Positions 18,806-27,864 of a stretch of DNA of 52,254 nucleotides are shown here, one piece after another (position 1 is the first letter of the stretch; each line of letters opens with the position of its first letter). The notes below the pieces were generated by a model that saw only the letters and a program-made list of their open reading frames with translations, had not been told where the DNA came from and searched no databases. Source of the stretch: an uncultured Gammaproteobacteria bacterium. Lineage in GTDB: Bacteria > Patescibacteriota > Microgenomatia > UBA10105 > UBA927. The stretch covers positions 1 through 52,254 of the forward strand of contig CAZHOQ010000001.1 in the NCBI GenBank assembly GCA_964533995.1. The letters are read 5' to 3'. The position numbers and the translations under genes were made by a program.

Positions 18806-19636
18806 TTACTGCGCAACTTCGTGGGCAGAGTGACGCCCCTTTCGAAAGAACACCCACCAACTCATGAGCGCGACGTATCCGCCGTATGTACTCAACTGAA
18901 TCAGATCCATCGTCCTCGTAATACCGAATATTGCATTTATCATGTCCCCGGCAAGAGTGGCATTTGCCGGAATGAAGGCGAGCGTAATTTTCGTAAGCTC
19001 GGGAAGTACTCCCGCTTCGGCAAATTCATGAACGCCACGGGCTGCCAAGCCTCCCGCAAACAGGATAAGGAGCATGCTGGTTACCCGGAACGCGTAGATG
19101 ATGGGAAGCCTAAGCGTTGCGGCAAATAAACCAAACGATATGAGGAGTCCGCCCGCCAGTCCTCCGGCAAATCCCGTAAATATTTGAGCGGGATTCGAAG
19201 AGAAGAATATGGTGGATAAAAACAGGACGATTTCAATTCCTTCGCGGAAAACGGCGGTAAATACGAGCCAGAATAATCCTTTTTGCTCCTCTTTTTCTAC
19301 CGTATCCCGGATTTTGACCAATAGATGGGTTTTATACTGAGCAAAATATTTATGAAGGAAAAATACCGCCCAGGTGATGAATGCCGCAGATGTCACCATG
19401 AGTATTCCCTCAATAAATTCTTCCGTTTTTCCTGAATATACTTCCTGGACCTTGATGCCGAGCAAACTCCCTGCGCCCAGAAGGATAACACTGACAAGCG
19501 CAGCTGACAACGTTGCAAGCCAAACGGTGCGGATCCCTTTCGTTTGCTTTAGTTTGGTGAGGATGCCCAAGATCGTGGCAACGATAAGTGAAGCCTCGAT
19601 GACTTCCCGAAGGGTGATTAAGAATGCGGCGATCAT
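18806..19636 (-). CDS. FTR1/EfeU-family high-affinity iron permease
   Basis: Two REXXE-type motifs (REVIE near the N-terminus and REGIE mid-protein) within 7 TM helices. AGGGAGG RBS lies upstream of ATG 19636. Confidence 0.85.
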   Translation of the reverse strand: MIAAFLITLREVIEASLIVATILGILTKLKQTKGIRTVWLATLSAALVSVILLGAGSLLGIKVQEVYSGKTEEFIEGILMVTSAAFITWAVFFLHKYFAQYKTHLLVKIRDTVEKEEQKGLFWLVFTAVFREGIEIVLFLSTIFFSSNPAQIFTGFAGGLAGGLLISFGLFAATLRLPIIYAFRVTSMLLILFAGGLAARGVHEFAEAGVLPELTKITLAFIPANATLAGDMINAIFGITRTMDLIQLSTYGGYVALMSWWVFFRKGRHSAHEVAQ

Positions 19637-19659
19637 AGCATTGCCTCCCTTTCTTCCAC

Positions 19660-19688
19660 AAAAAAACGATCCCTAGTATCTAGGATCG
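19660..19688 (-). terminator. Hairpin plus T7 tract (minus strand) downstream of the cupin gene, directly abutting the permease RBS
   Basis: The minus strand reads cgatcctag-ata-ctagggatcg followed by ttttttt: a 9-bp stem with one bulge. It could also be an operator or attenuator, because only about 23 nt separate it from the next start codon. Confidence 0.5.
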
Positions 19689-19799
19689 TTATTAGATAGT
19701 TTGAGGACGGGAGCGATCCTCGGTATGTTGCTCCCTTTATGAAAAAAACAGTGCTCGCATGTAATTTACAATACTAAAAACGATGTCCCTGCGCAAGAG

Positions 19800-20147
19800 C
19801 TATTTCTTAAGCGTCCTGACGGTCAGGAAGACTAGCCTTGCGGGAGTGGTATTTTTCAGGCTGTGGGCCTGTCCGGGTGGAACCGTAACGAAGTCTCCCG
19901 GGTGCACGGGAAACCAATCTTCATCCACGAGCATGTCGCCCGTTCCGTCCAGAAAATAATAAAATTCTTCCCCGTCTGGGTGCGTATGTGTTTCAAGCTG
20001 ACTTCCTGACGTCAGCCACGCATAATTCATGGTCACGATATCGCCTTCATGCCGCTCATCAGACGAGATAAGGCGCTTCCTGTGGGTTGAGTTGTTATGA
20101 ATGACCTCTTCCTGGATATCGGCAGTATTCTTTTTATGGACGGACAT
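19800..20147 (-). CDS. Cupin domain protein
   Basis: HTHPDGEEFYYFLDGTG...PGQAHSL has the two cupin motifs. Trimmed to ATG 20147 (MSVHKK). Confidence 0.7.
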   Translation of the reverse strand: MSVHKKNTADIQEEVIHNNSTHRKRLISSDERHEGDIVTMNYAWLTSGSQLETHTHPDGEEFYYFLDGTGDMLVDEDWFPVHPGDFVTVPPGQAHSLKNTTPARLVFLTVRTLKK

Positions 20148-20195
20148 GGCATGAGTATAGCAAAATAGACGGGGCCGCCGATACAAAGGAAAACG

Positions 20196-21695
20196 ATGAA
20201 ACGACTATTATACGGATCAGGTATGACGATTCGCGCTTTATTGTTTGGTCTATGCATTGCCGGCATAGCGGCATTAGTCATGTGGAAAGAGCATGCGCCA
20301 TTGTGCCCAGGCTGTAATGTCGTCGTTATTTCCCTGGATCAGGTGCGCGCAAACAGCATTCCGTGTTTCGGGTACGGGCAAAATACCATGCCGAATCTTT
20401 GTCGTTTGGCCGAAAAGTCAGCAAAATTCACCCGGGCCTATGCGACCGCGTCGAGAACGCTCGACGCCCATTTTTCCATGTTAACGGGAAGATACCCTTC
20501 TGCCCATGGGATGAACTTACCTTATGCCAGCACACTCTCGGCCACGATTCAAACCATGCCGGAGTATTTCAAATATAACGGGTATCAAACGAATTTTTTG
20601 GGTCCGGTTGCGGATCCCCATATCCCAGTGACCCGAGGAGTCGAACGCGGATTTGATAAGGTCCTCTATGCCGATGACCCGGCAAGCTGGACGAAGTTTA
20701 TGAAAAGCCAGGACGCTTCCGGTTCGGCGTCTCGGAAACCGTCATTTTATTTTCTTCATACCTATGAAGCGCATGAGCCGTTTATCCCGAAGGAGAGCAC
20801 ATTCCGGCGGTTCTATGACGGGAAGAGTGCGATTCCTATATCCTACAAAAGCCTTTGTGACTATACGTACGGGAAATTAAAGTCGCTCCATCCGGATCGG
20901 TTAAACACGCCGAGAATGCCCGACAACTCATGTGAAGCTATCGGAGATTATGTTGCCGCCTACGCCGATACGTTCAAGGAATTTGATGACACGTATACGA
21001 TATTCAATGAGAAATACTGGAGCCTTTTTGATTCGCTGAGCGCATTGGAACGCAAGCGGTACGTGCATGCGCTTTATGCCGGTGCGTTATTCGAGCTTGA
21101 TGCGGATCTCGGAAATTTCTTTGCGTATCTTACCGAATCGGGAAAGATGCAAAATACGGTCATCGTTATCGTAGGAGATCAGGGGGACGAATTTTGGGAA
21201 CACGGTAATTACTCGCACGGGTGGTCCCTTTATAACGAGGTATTGCGTGTACCGTTTATCGTCTACATACCCAAGCACAGAACATTTACGTCGGGCAAAC
21301 TCATGTCACTTGTCGATATTTTCCCGACGGTTGCACGAATTGTTGGGGGCAGGAGCCCCCTCGGGATTTCCGGTGTCGACGCCTTCTCGATGCGTCAGCA
21401 TAGGGCCGTACTCGCTGAGCACGTCACGAACGGGGCGACCGCGGTGATCGCGCGGACCTATAAAATTATCGAGCGGCGGGAGCAGGACGGGCGACAAGTT
21501 GAGTTGTTTAATCTTGCGCATGACCCGCAGGAAACGGATAATCTTTACGAGGAAAATTCCGTATGGGCCGATAGAATACTGGAAAAATTCCGGCAGGTCC
21601 AACCGGCGACGTACGGAGACGACCCTCCAGGAGCGCTACCGACGTGGATGGATGAAAATGACCGGCAGGAGCTTATCGATAGCGGCTATTTTTAG
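20196..21695 (+). CDS. Sulfatase / alkaline-phosphatase superfamily protein with N-terminal TM helix
   Basis: VVISLDQVRAN (metal-binding Asp region), GDQGDEFWEHG (GDHG-like) and an N-terminal hydrophobic helix. AAGGA RBS before ATG 20196. Confidence 0.75.
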   Translation: MKRLLYGSGMTIRALLFGLCIAGIAALVMWKEHAPLCPGCNVVVISLDQVRANSIPCFGYGQNTMPNLCRLAEKSAKFTRAYATASRTLDAHFSMLTGRYPSAHGMNLPYASTLSATIQTMPEYFKYNGYQTNFLGPVADPHIPVTRGVERGFDKVLYADDPASWTKFMKSQDASGSASRKPSFYFLHTYEAHEPFIPKESTFRRFYDGKSAIPISYKSLCDYTYGKLKSLHPDRLNTPRMPDNSCEAIGDYVAAYADTFKEFDDTYTIFNEKYWSLFDSLSALERKRYVHALYAGALFELDADLGNFFAYLTESGKMQNTVIVIVGDQGDEFWEHGNYSHGWSLYNEVLRVPFIVYIPKHRTFTSGKLMSLVDIFPTVARIVGGRSPLGISGVDAFSMRQHRAVLAEHVTNGATAVIARTYKIIERREQDGRQVELFNLAHDPQETDNLYEENSVWADRILEKFRQVQPATYGDDPPGALPTWMDENDRQELIDSGYF

Positions 21696-23654
21696 GCCCA
21701 ATCCGTTTTCCCAGAGCGGGTATGCCGCCCGCAGGTCGGATACCGAGCGGTACGCATTATCACCGAAAGCAAGAACGGTGGGGTTGTTCTCGTAGGTATT
21801 TGCAAAAAGAGAGAGTGTTTCCGGATGGGCCGGATCAAGACGGATTGCCGTTTCGTTGCCGACAAACAGGTTAGCTGCAATGCGCGTGCGGTCGTGCCGT
21901 GTCGAATCCGCATCCGGATTCGTGTCGGGATCTCCGACCGACCGTTCCAATGCGATTCCCACGGGAGAATAGGCGAGCGTATTGTTTATGAATTCGTTAT
22001 CGGTTGCCGGGAACTGCCGGGTAAACGAAACGATCCCGGAGCCGCCGTTTCCTGTCGACGTATTGTTCGCAGCGCGGATGCCGCTTGCGTTGCTTATAAA
22101 CAGTCCGATTCCGTTTCCCCGGGTTCCTCGGGTTTGTTCAAGGCATGCGGACCATCCGATGGAATCAGTGAGCATATTGCTGTCCGCGATGGTTTTTTTA
22201 AACCGTCCGCCGAAAAATTTGAGCGCCGCGCATCCGGAGGAATTCTGGCAGGCGTGCATAATGGTGTTTTTGGAGACTCGAATATTGTCAGCTTCAAATG
22301 GTCTGGCTTCGAAACCGGTTACATGTATGCCATTGCTTGCCGAATCCGTAATCCGGTTTCCGGCAACTCTGACATCCGAAGCGCGCGCTATGAATATTGC
22401 GGATTCGTTGTACCCAAAACCGGTGTGTGCGATACGAACCATTTCGACGGAGACGTTACGGATGCCATGTGCCCGTTTTTCTGAACCGGCAATCCAAATT
22501 GCGGATTTGGACGTATCGGAAAATTTCGACTTCCTGACGCGGACGTTACGGATAATGCCGAGGTCACCGCTTGCAACGCGGACGCCGTTCCCGACATAGC
22601 GGCTTTCGATATCGGATAGTAATACCTGCGAAATCCCGGTTTCCGGCGGTATGACCAGTGCGCCGGTTGCGCGCTCCGTATAGTCATGGTCATTGATAGT
22701 CGTGATGGACACGCCTTGTACGGACACGTTTGACCGTTCTATTAAGATACCGGTAGCCCGGCGGCCGATATCGATATCCAGGGATGCGGGGGTTCCTTCC
22801 TCAAGCGGCCATACATAAAGTGTCCTTGTATCCGGGGCAACGTACCATTCTCCCCGCGTGTCCAAAAGGCCTGCGGCCGCCTCCACGTAATATCGTGTCC
22901 GGTTACTAACCCCGTGTTCCTGGTTGCCATAGGTAAGCGCACCGATCGGCGCATTAGCGGTAATGACGCCTTTTGAACGGTCATGCGCGGAGATAGTCAG
23001 CGTATACAGGTATGTTCCGCACCGGTCGGCTCCGTCGAGTGCGACCAGACGGCCGCCTGCCACGTTCGGAATACGCGTCAGGTTAACGGAGTCAACAAGC
23101 GCGGATGGTTCAGACCCTTCTCCTGTTGCCTGCCACCAGAATTCATGGAATTTGTCGGCATGCTCTCTATATTCGTTCGGGCTTCTGGCAAGGGTAAGTT
23201 TTTGGACATTGCCGTCGCTTGTTTTCTGAGTGATGACCGTCGGGATTTCATCCCAGGCGAGCGTCGTCCGATACACATGCGGCAGGGCGTCTATTGGTAC
23301 TCCCGGGCAGGAACGAGAATCGCATTGGTACCACACGAGTCGGGAAGCGGGTTCGCCGCCCGATAGCACGACCTTTTCATTTTGAGATTGTTGTCCCGCG
23401 ATAACCAGACGGCGCGCGGACCGTTGGGGTGGAACCGAGACGGATTCCCGGTAGGTTCCCGGAAGGATCGTCACCCTGCCTCCGCGGGTAGCAAGGTCAA
23501 CGCCGCGTTGTATCGTGCGGACAGGATGCTGCTTCGTTCCGGCGTTAGTGTCTTTTCCGAAGGGGGAGACATAGACGGAGTTCATAACGCCCGGTCTCGC
23601 CGTGAGGAAAAAGAGGAGGATAGGAATATAAATAAGAAGCGGGCGCCATCGCAT
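21636..23654 (-). CDS. Secreted right-handed parallel beta-helix repeat protein (pectate-lyase fold, DUF1565-like N-terminus)
   Basis: Signal-like MRWRPLLIYIPILLFFLTA. YVSPFGKDTNAGTKQHPVRTIQ is typical of DUF1565/beta-helix proteins. Repeated N-x-I/V-x-G-N turns. Trimmed to ATG 23654. Confidence 0.7.
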   Translation of the reverse strand: MRWRPLLIYIPILLFFLTARPGVMNSVYVSPFGKDTNAGTKQHPVRTIQRGVDLATRGGRVTILPGTYRESVSVPPQRSARRLVIAGQQSQNEKVVLSGGEPASRLVWYQCDSRSCPGVPIDALPHVYRTTLAWDEIPTVITQKTSDGNVQKLTLARSPNEYREHADKFHEFWWQATGEGSEPSALVDSVNLTRIPNVAGGRLVALDGADRCGTYLYTLTISAHDRSKGVITANAPIGALTYGNQEHGVSNRTRYYVEAAAGLLDTRGEWYVAPDTRTLYVWPLEEGTPASLDIDIGRRATGILIERSNVSVQGVSITTINDHDYTERATGALVIPPETGISQVLLSDIESRYVGNGVRVASGDLGIIRNVRVRKSKFSDTSKSAIWIAGSEKRAHGIRNVSVEMVRIAHTGFGYNESAIFIARASDVRVAGNRITDSASNGIHVTGFEARPFEADNIRVSKNTIMHACQNSSGCAALKFFGGRFKKTIADSNMLTDSIGWSACLEQTRGTRGNGIGLFISNASGIRAANNTSTGNGGSGIVSFTRQFPATDNEFINNTLAYSPVGIALERSVGDPDTNPDADSTRHDRTRIAANLFVGNETAIRLDPAHPETLSLFANTYENNPTVLAFGDNAYRSVSDLRAAYPLWENGLGLKIAAIDKLLPVIFIHPRR

Positions 23655-23841
23655 AGTGCAGGTTCGTGCGTTCTTAGAAGTATACCAGACCGTAGGGTCG
23701 GTGCCCGGCATGACGATCGTTCCGCGTACCGTAAGTTACGGTTTCGGTGTCTGGCGCATTAATCCCGAAGATCGAGGAGAGTGTGATGTAGCTAACTTAG
23801 AGTATTCGAGTGATGATTATACACTGATGGAAAGGGGTAGT

Positions 23842-24363
23842 ATGGAAAAGAATTCGTCCGTAGCGGTTGCTATCACCGTGCCGGCATATGCGCGGCTAGA
23901 CATTATCGTTCCTGCGCTAGGTTTTCTCGTGCCGTTTTTCGTATCCGGTCCGCAATTGCTGACTGGGACTCTGGTAAACTGCCTGTTGTTTCTTTACGCC
24001 TGGCGCATACCGAGGAGCAGATACTTCATAATGAGCGCGTTTCCGAGCATCGGGGCTGTCGCAAACGGGGTCGTGTTCGGCACGTTTACTTCATACCTCT
24101 TGTATTTCCTGCCGTTTATTTGGATTGGGAATATGGTGCTTATCGGTGTTGCTAGATCGGCAGGAAAGCGACACGGAATCCTTTTGGTTGGGGAAGCCGC
24201 GGTGAAAAAAGCCGTGTTGCTTTTGTCAGCGTCACTTGTTTTTGTTGCATTCCGCGTCGTGCCGCCGATGTTTTTGGTCGCAATGGGGCTGATGCAGTTT
24301 GCGACAGCCGTTATCGGAGGGCTTATTGCCTTAGGGATTACCACGCGCCTATGGCGGAAGTGA
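23842..24363 (+). CDS. Polytopic membrane protein, unknown family
   Basis: About 5 hydrophobic helices. Start trimmed to ATG 23842, which is preceded by aaagggg. The 3' end overlaps the next gene by 13 nt. Confidence 0.55.
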   Translation: MEKNSSVAVAITVPAYARLDIIVPALGFLVPFFVSGPQLLTGTLVNCLLFLYAWRIPRSRYFIMSAFPSIGAVANGVVFGTFTSYLLYFLPFIWIGNMVLIGVARSAGKRHGILLVGEAAVKKAVLLLSASLVFVAFRVVPPMFLVAMGLMQFATAVIGGLIALGITTRLWRK

Positions 24364-25130
24364 CGGAACTAATCAGTCTCATCGGGTCGAAGCAGCCACT
24401 TGTTGCTATGCTCGCGCCGTCATTTCCCATCATGTACCGGTATCCTCACATTGTCGGAAAATTGAAGCGCTCGGGTTTTATGGCAGTCGTTGAGGTATCA
24501 GTAGGAGCCCTCCGTACAAACAGCGCGCTGGTCTCGTATTTTGAGAATAACGCGGGCGCACGAGTGATAACGAGTCCGTGTCCCTCGTTTGTGCGGATGG
24601 TCCGGAAGAAGCATCCGGAGCTTATGAAGTATGTGGTTATGGAAGTAGATTCGCCCATGGCGGCGACCGCGCGCGTCGTCCGTGATACATATCCGGGGGC
24701 AATACCCGTCTTTATCGGTCCGTGCCATGCCAAGAAGCTCGAAGCGAGGGAAGACCAAGCGGATTTAGGCATTATTGTTATGACGTACCTGGAATTAGAG
24801 TCGTTGTTTTCGGAGCTTGCCATATCGGATAAGCCCACAGATTCTGAAGCGGTGTTTGATATCTCGGAGGGGCGTACGCGGATATATCCGATCGACGGAG
24901 GGCTTACCGAAACAAGCGACATACGCCGTATCCTCCGTGAGGATGAGATCCGCATCGTGTCAGGATGGAAACCCTCCGAAGCGGCGCTGCTCGATTTCCC
25001 GTCCAATACGAAAATCAGGCTGCTTGACGTGTTGTTTTGCGAAGGCGGCTGCATTAATGGGCCAGGTATTGCCAGTCCGCTGTTGCCGGAAGAGCGCAAG
25101 CGCCGAATCCTGAAATTTGCGGGAACGTAA
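24351..25130 (+). CDS. Minimal [FeFe]-hydrogenase H-domain-like protein (Fe_hyd_lg_C-like)
   Basis: Collinear matches to the three H-cluster motifs. ITSPCPSF corresponds to L1 TSCCPxW. IGPCHAKKLE corresponds to L2 MPCxxKKxE. LFCEGGCINGPG corresponds to L3 MxCxGGCxxGGG. It is only 259 aa. Confidence 0.65.
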   Translation: MAEVTELISLIGSKQPLVAMLAPSFPIMYRYPHIVGKLKRSGFMAVVEVSVGALRTNSALVSYFENNAGARVITSPCPSFVRMVRKKHPELMKYVVMEVDSPMAATARVVRDTYPGAIPVFIGPCHAKKLEAREDQADLGIIVMTYLELESLFSELAISDKPTDSEAVFDISEGRTRIYPIDGGLTETSDIRRILREDEIRIVSGWKPSEAALLDFPSNTKIRLLDVLFCEGGCINGPGIASPLLPEERKRRILKFAGT

Positions 25131-25151
25131 GGCCGCGGCTTCATTACATAT

Positions 25152-26108
25152 TTACCGTGATGCATTGAGGCCGCCGATATATTTTTCGGCGGCACTCCAG
25201 TAGCTGGGATTCCCGGTTTGTTTTTGGTGATACCACCATTCGAATCCCCACAGCAACATCGCAGCCGGCCGGAGGCTTTTTCCTTTTTCTCCGTTTACTG
25301 CAAAGTGGGACGGCAGGAAACTCGGCGGACGGGACTTCGTGGTTACTAATTCTCCGGGTTCCCACGGTTCCGCCTGAAGCTCGGTAATCCAGAATTGTCT
25401 GCCGGACTTTTTGATTTGTGAGACGACCCGATTTGTATCGTGTACGGAATCGAGCGGTCCTATATATGTGTGTACCGTACGGAACAAAAACGAAACCGGT
25501 TGCCGGTAATACATGTCCAGTCCGATGATATCGGCGTGCGGCAACGCTTCGGCAAATACGTTCCGACGACTGGCTTCATTTCCCCAGACGGTTACCAAAA
25601 TTTTTCGTGACGGGTCAAGATTTTTCACCAGCCGGACTTCTTCCACGAGGAATTCCGGGCCGATATGCATGCGGTTGGATCCCGAGGGATCAAGGGGTTC
25701 ATTTTCCACCTGATAGATCTTGATCGCGGGACTCCGCTTGAAATGATTGATTACGTTGTATAGGTACATATGTGTGGCATAGAGGAGCTGATGATTGTCC
25801 GGAGTTATTACGGCATGATGGTGGAACGGGACAGCAGCAGTTAGCCACGGGGGGAGATAGTACTCAGGATACCGCGGCGCTTTCATGCCTACGGTGAGGA
25901 CGACATGTGTGCGGTGCTTCTCGCAAAGCTCGATGAGCGAATCCAATTCATCAAATGTGAACGTTCCGGGCGCGGGCTCGATGTCGCTCCAATAACAGCC
26001 CAACCGGATCCATGGTAATCCCAGCCGGAAGTACCATGCTAACGCCTTGCGGGGATCGTATCCGAGATACCGCACGTGCCGATGGCTGAAGGTGGCGCCA
26101 AGCTGCAT
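25152..26108 (-). CDS. Clan GH-A (GH5-like) TIM-barrel glycoside hydrolase
   Basis: YQVENEP (acid/base Asn-Glu-Pro) and WITELQAEPW (candidate nucleophile Glu) at spacing typical of clan GH-A. Confidence 0.6.
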   Translation of the reverse strand: MQLGATFSHRHVRYLGYDPRKALAWYFRLGLPWIRLGCYWSDIEPAPGTFTFDELDSLIELCEKHRTHVVLTVGMKAPRYPEYYLPPWLTAAVPFHHHAVITPDNHQLLYATHMYLYNVINHFKRSPAIKIYQVENEPLDPSGSNRMHIGPEFLVEEVRLVKNLDPSRKILVTVWGNEASRRNVFAEALPHADIIGLDMYYRQPVSFLFRTVHTYIGPLDSVHDTNRVVSQIKKSGRQFWITELQAEPWEPGELVTTKSRPPSFLPSHFAVNGEKGKSLRPAAMLLWGFEWWYHQKQTGNPSYWSAAEKYIGGLNASR

Positions 26109-26302
26109 AGGAGTGGGGTGCTCGTATGTATGGTATATGATCTGACTCAGTTTTTGGAAACCCGTTTCGTAAACTCGTGATAGACGCGTGTTTGCTTTGC
26201 GAACATCGTCATTACGAGACCAACAAACTCTGCGAGCATTTACACAAGCGCAATTCCCGTTCTGAACCAGGGCCGATCCAGTGGTAGCCGCAGGACGCGC
26301 GG

Positions 26303-26707
26303 TTATTCTATAAGATTTTTTGTTTTGAGGTCGTCGAAAATCAACTGATCCACAGGCGAGCTTTTGGATTTCCAGGCGTACGGCACGTACCGGTATTCCG
26401 ATACTTCCGAGGAGGCGCGAAGCATACCAATAAATTGTGCGGTGTAACAGGTCATCCGTACAACCGTTCCCGTTGGCTTGCCGTGCGCCTGCGCCTCGAA
26501 CGTTCCATAGTGCCGGATGGTGCCGGGGACAAGGTCAACGCACAGTTCCTCTTTTACCTCCCGGATAAGCGCTTCCTCGTCCGTTTCGTCACCGTTCCGT
26601 TTGCCCCCCGGAATGTACCAGGTATCCTTTCCGCGGCTAAGCGTCGTGAGTACGCGGTGATTCCGGATGTCGATGTATGCGAGTTTGTCGATATACGTAT
26701 TATCCAT
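26303..26707 (-). CDS. NUDIX hydrolase
   Basis: Nudix box GGKRNGDETDEEALIREVKEELCV. Trimmed to ATG 26707 (MDNTY), 5 nt after the upstream stop. Confidence 0.85.
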   Translation of the reverse strand: MDNTYIDKLAYIDIRNHRVLTTLSRGKDTWYIPGGKRNGDETDEEALIREVKEELCVDLVPGTIRHYGTFEAQAHGKPTGTVVRMTCYTAQFIGMLRASSEVSEYRYVPYAWKSKSSPVDQLIFDDLKTKNLIE

Positions 26708-26711
26708 ATAT

Positions 26712-27257
26712 CTACGCTTGCCCGAAATGATTATTGAGAAATTGTATGGCTTCCGTGGGAGTGTTGGCAACGTGTATGAGCTCCGAAAATGGACGGGGGA
26801 AGAATTTCTCCTGATCCATGTGCCGCATGAGCCCGATGAGATTATCGTAAAAATTGTTGGTGTTTATGATAATGATCGGCTTGTCATGAAAACCCCGTTT
26901 CTTGATTTCCGTAATTTCCATGATTTCGTCAAGCGTTCCGATGCCGCCGGTCAACATCACAAATGCGTGACAAAGCGAGAGGAACAGTTCTTTCCTGTGG
27001 TACAGCGAGTTTGCGACAACGAGTTTATCTACGTCCGCTCTCGGAATCTCATGGAGTGTCGGGACGGTGATGCCGATAAGTTTGGCGCCTGATTGTTGGC
27101 CGGCATCCGCTATATTACGCATCAGGCCCGCATTTAGCGCACCCCAGACAAGGGTATACCGGTGTTTCCCGAGAAGGGATGCGAACTGGCACGCCGCTTC
27201 CCTGTAGACGCCGTTTACCGGTTGTCCGGAGCAGAATACCGCAATGTTTTTGGACAT
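26712..27257 (-). CDS. LOG family (TIGR00730-type) nucleotide phosphoribohydrolase
   Basis: VFCSG..., HRKE and TGGIGTLDE correspond to the LOG PGGxGTxxE and RK motifs. Confidence 0.8.
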   Translation of the reverse strand: MSKNIAVFCSGQPVNGVYREAACQFASLLGKHRYTLVWGALNAGLMRNIADAGQQSGAKLIGITVPTLHEIPRADVDKLVVANSLYHRKELFLSLCHAFVMLTGGIGTLDEIMEITEIKKRGFHDKPIIIINTNNFYDNLIGLMRHMDQEKFFPRPFSELIHVANTPTEAIQFLNNHFGQA

Positions 27258-27259
27258 GC

Positions 27260-27625
27260 TTATTTCGAGGGAATTGCGTCTATATCGATTCGTAATCCGA
27301 TATCTACAAAAAATTCGACTGGGTCGTCTCCAGTGGAGTGAAAATCATATGTTGACCCCTTTGAAATGCGGATGATCGACCCCTTGGTTACCGGCATATT
27401 CGCATTATCGACTGAGAACGTGCCCTCGCCGGAAACGATATAGTACGTTCTGTCAGCAGGTATATTCTCGCGTATGCCGTGGGCTCCGACGAGGCTTCCG
27501 AATGCAAACGTATCGGTTTCCGTCTGATAATACCAGGCTTTCATGTCGCACGTGTCGTTTTTTCTGTTTTTCTGAATGGCCGGAGTCATGACGGAGCGCT
27601 GAAGGAGTGTGGGGCCGTTATCCAT
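27260..27625 (-). CDS. Cupin domain protein
   Basis: YYIVSGEGTFSV...GSIIRISKGSTYDF is a cupin beta-barrel pattern. It forms a tight operon with the LOG and NUDIX genes (2-5 nt gaps). Confidence 0.6.
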   Translation of the reverse strand: MDNGPTLLQRSVMTPAIQKNRKNDTCDMKAWYYQTETDTFAFGSLVGAHGIRENIPADRTYYIVSGEGTFSVDNANMPVTKGSIIRISKGSTYDFHSTGDDPVEFFVDIGLRIDIDAIPSK

Positions 27626-27640
27626 GACCCAAGTATATCA

Positions 27641-27805
27641 TTATACTTTTATTCCGCGCTTAGTGATTTCTTCCAGTATTTTGCCTTCGAGCTTGCGGCA
27701 TGCGCAGTCACGCGCATGCGCAACGTGCCATGCGACACGCTGGTCGAGTGTCGGATTTTTCGGCATTTTATGTGCGGTATGCCAGGTGCCGTTTATTTTA
27801 CCCAT
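27641..27805 (-). CDS. Small conserved hypothetical protein (54 aa)
   Basis: MGKINGTWHTAHKMPKNPTLDQRVAWHVAHARDCACRKL resembles a recurrent small His/Cys-containing bacterial protein family. The listed 116-aa ORF was trimmed to the internal ATG at 27805. Confidence 0.45.
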   Translation of the reverse strand: MGKINGTWHTAHKMPKNPTLDQRVAWHVAHARDCACRKLEGKILEEITKRGIKV

Positions 27806-27864
27806 TTGCCAATGGTATACGCGTTTTGTTCTCGTTGCCGTAACGTGGATTACGGAACAATATG

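Noticed and set aside
21636-21695. 60-nt convergent overlap between the sulfatase-like and beta-helix genes.
   Set aside because: Both ORFs have strong family evidence over most of their length. The overlap involves only the unconserved C-terminal tails, so it is most simply an annotation-level tail overlap rather than a functional feature.
26109-26302. 194-nt intergenic gap containing a 30-codon minus-strand ORF (ATG at 26239).
   Set aside because: No RBS, no recognisable peptide features and no strong secondary structure, so it is treated as an ordinary intergenic spacer.
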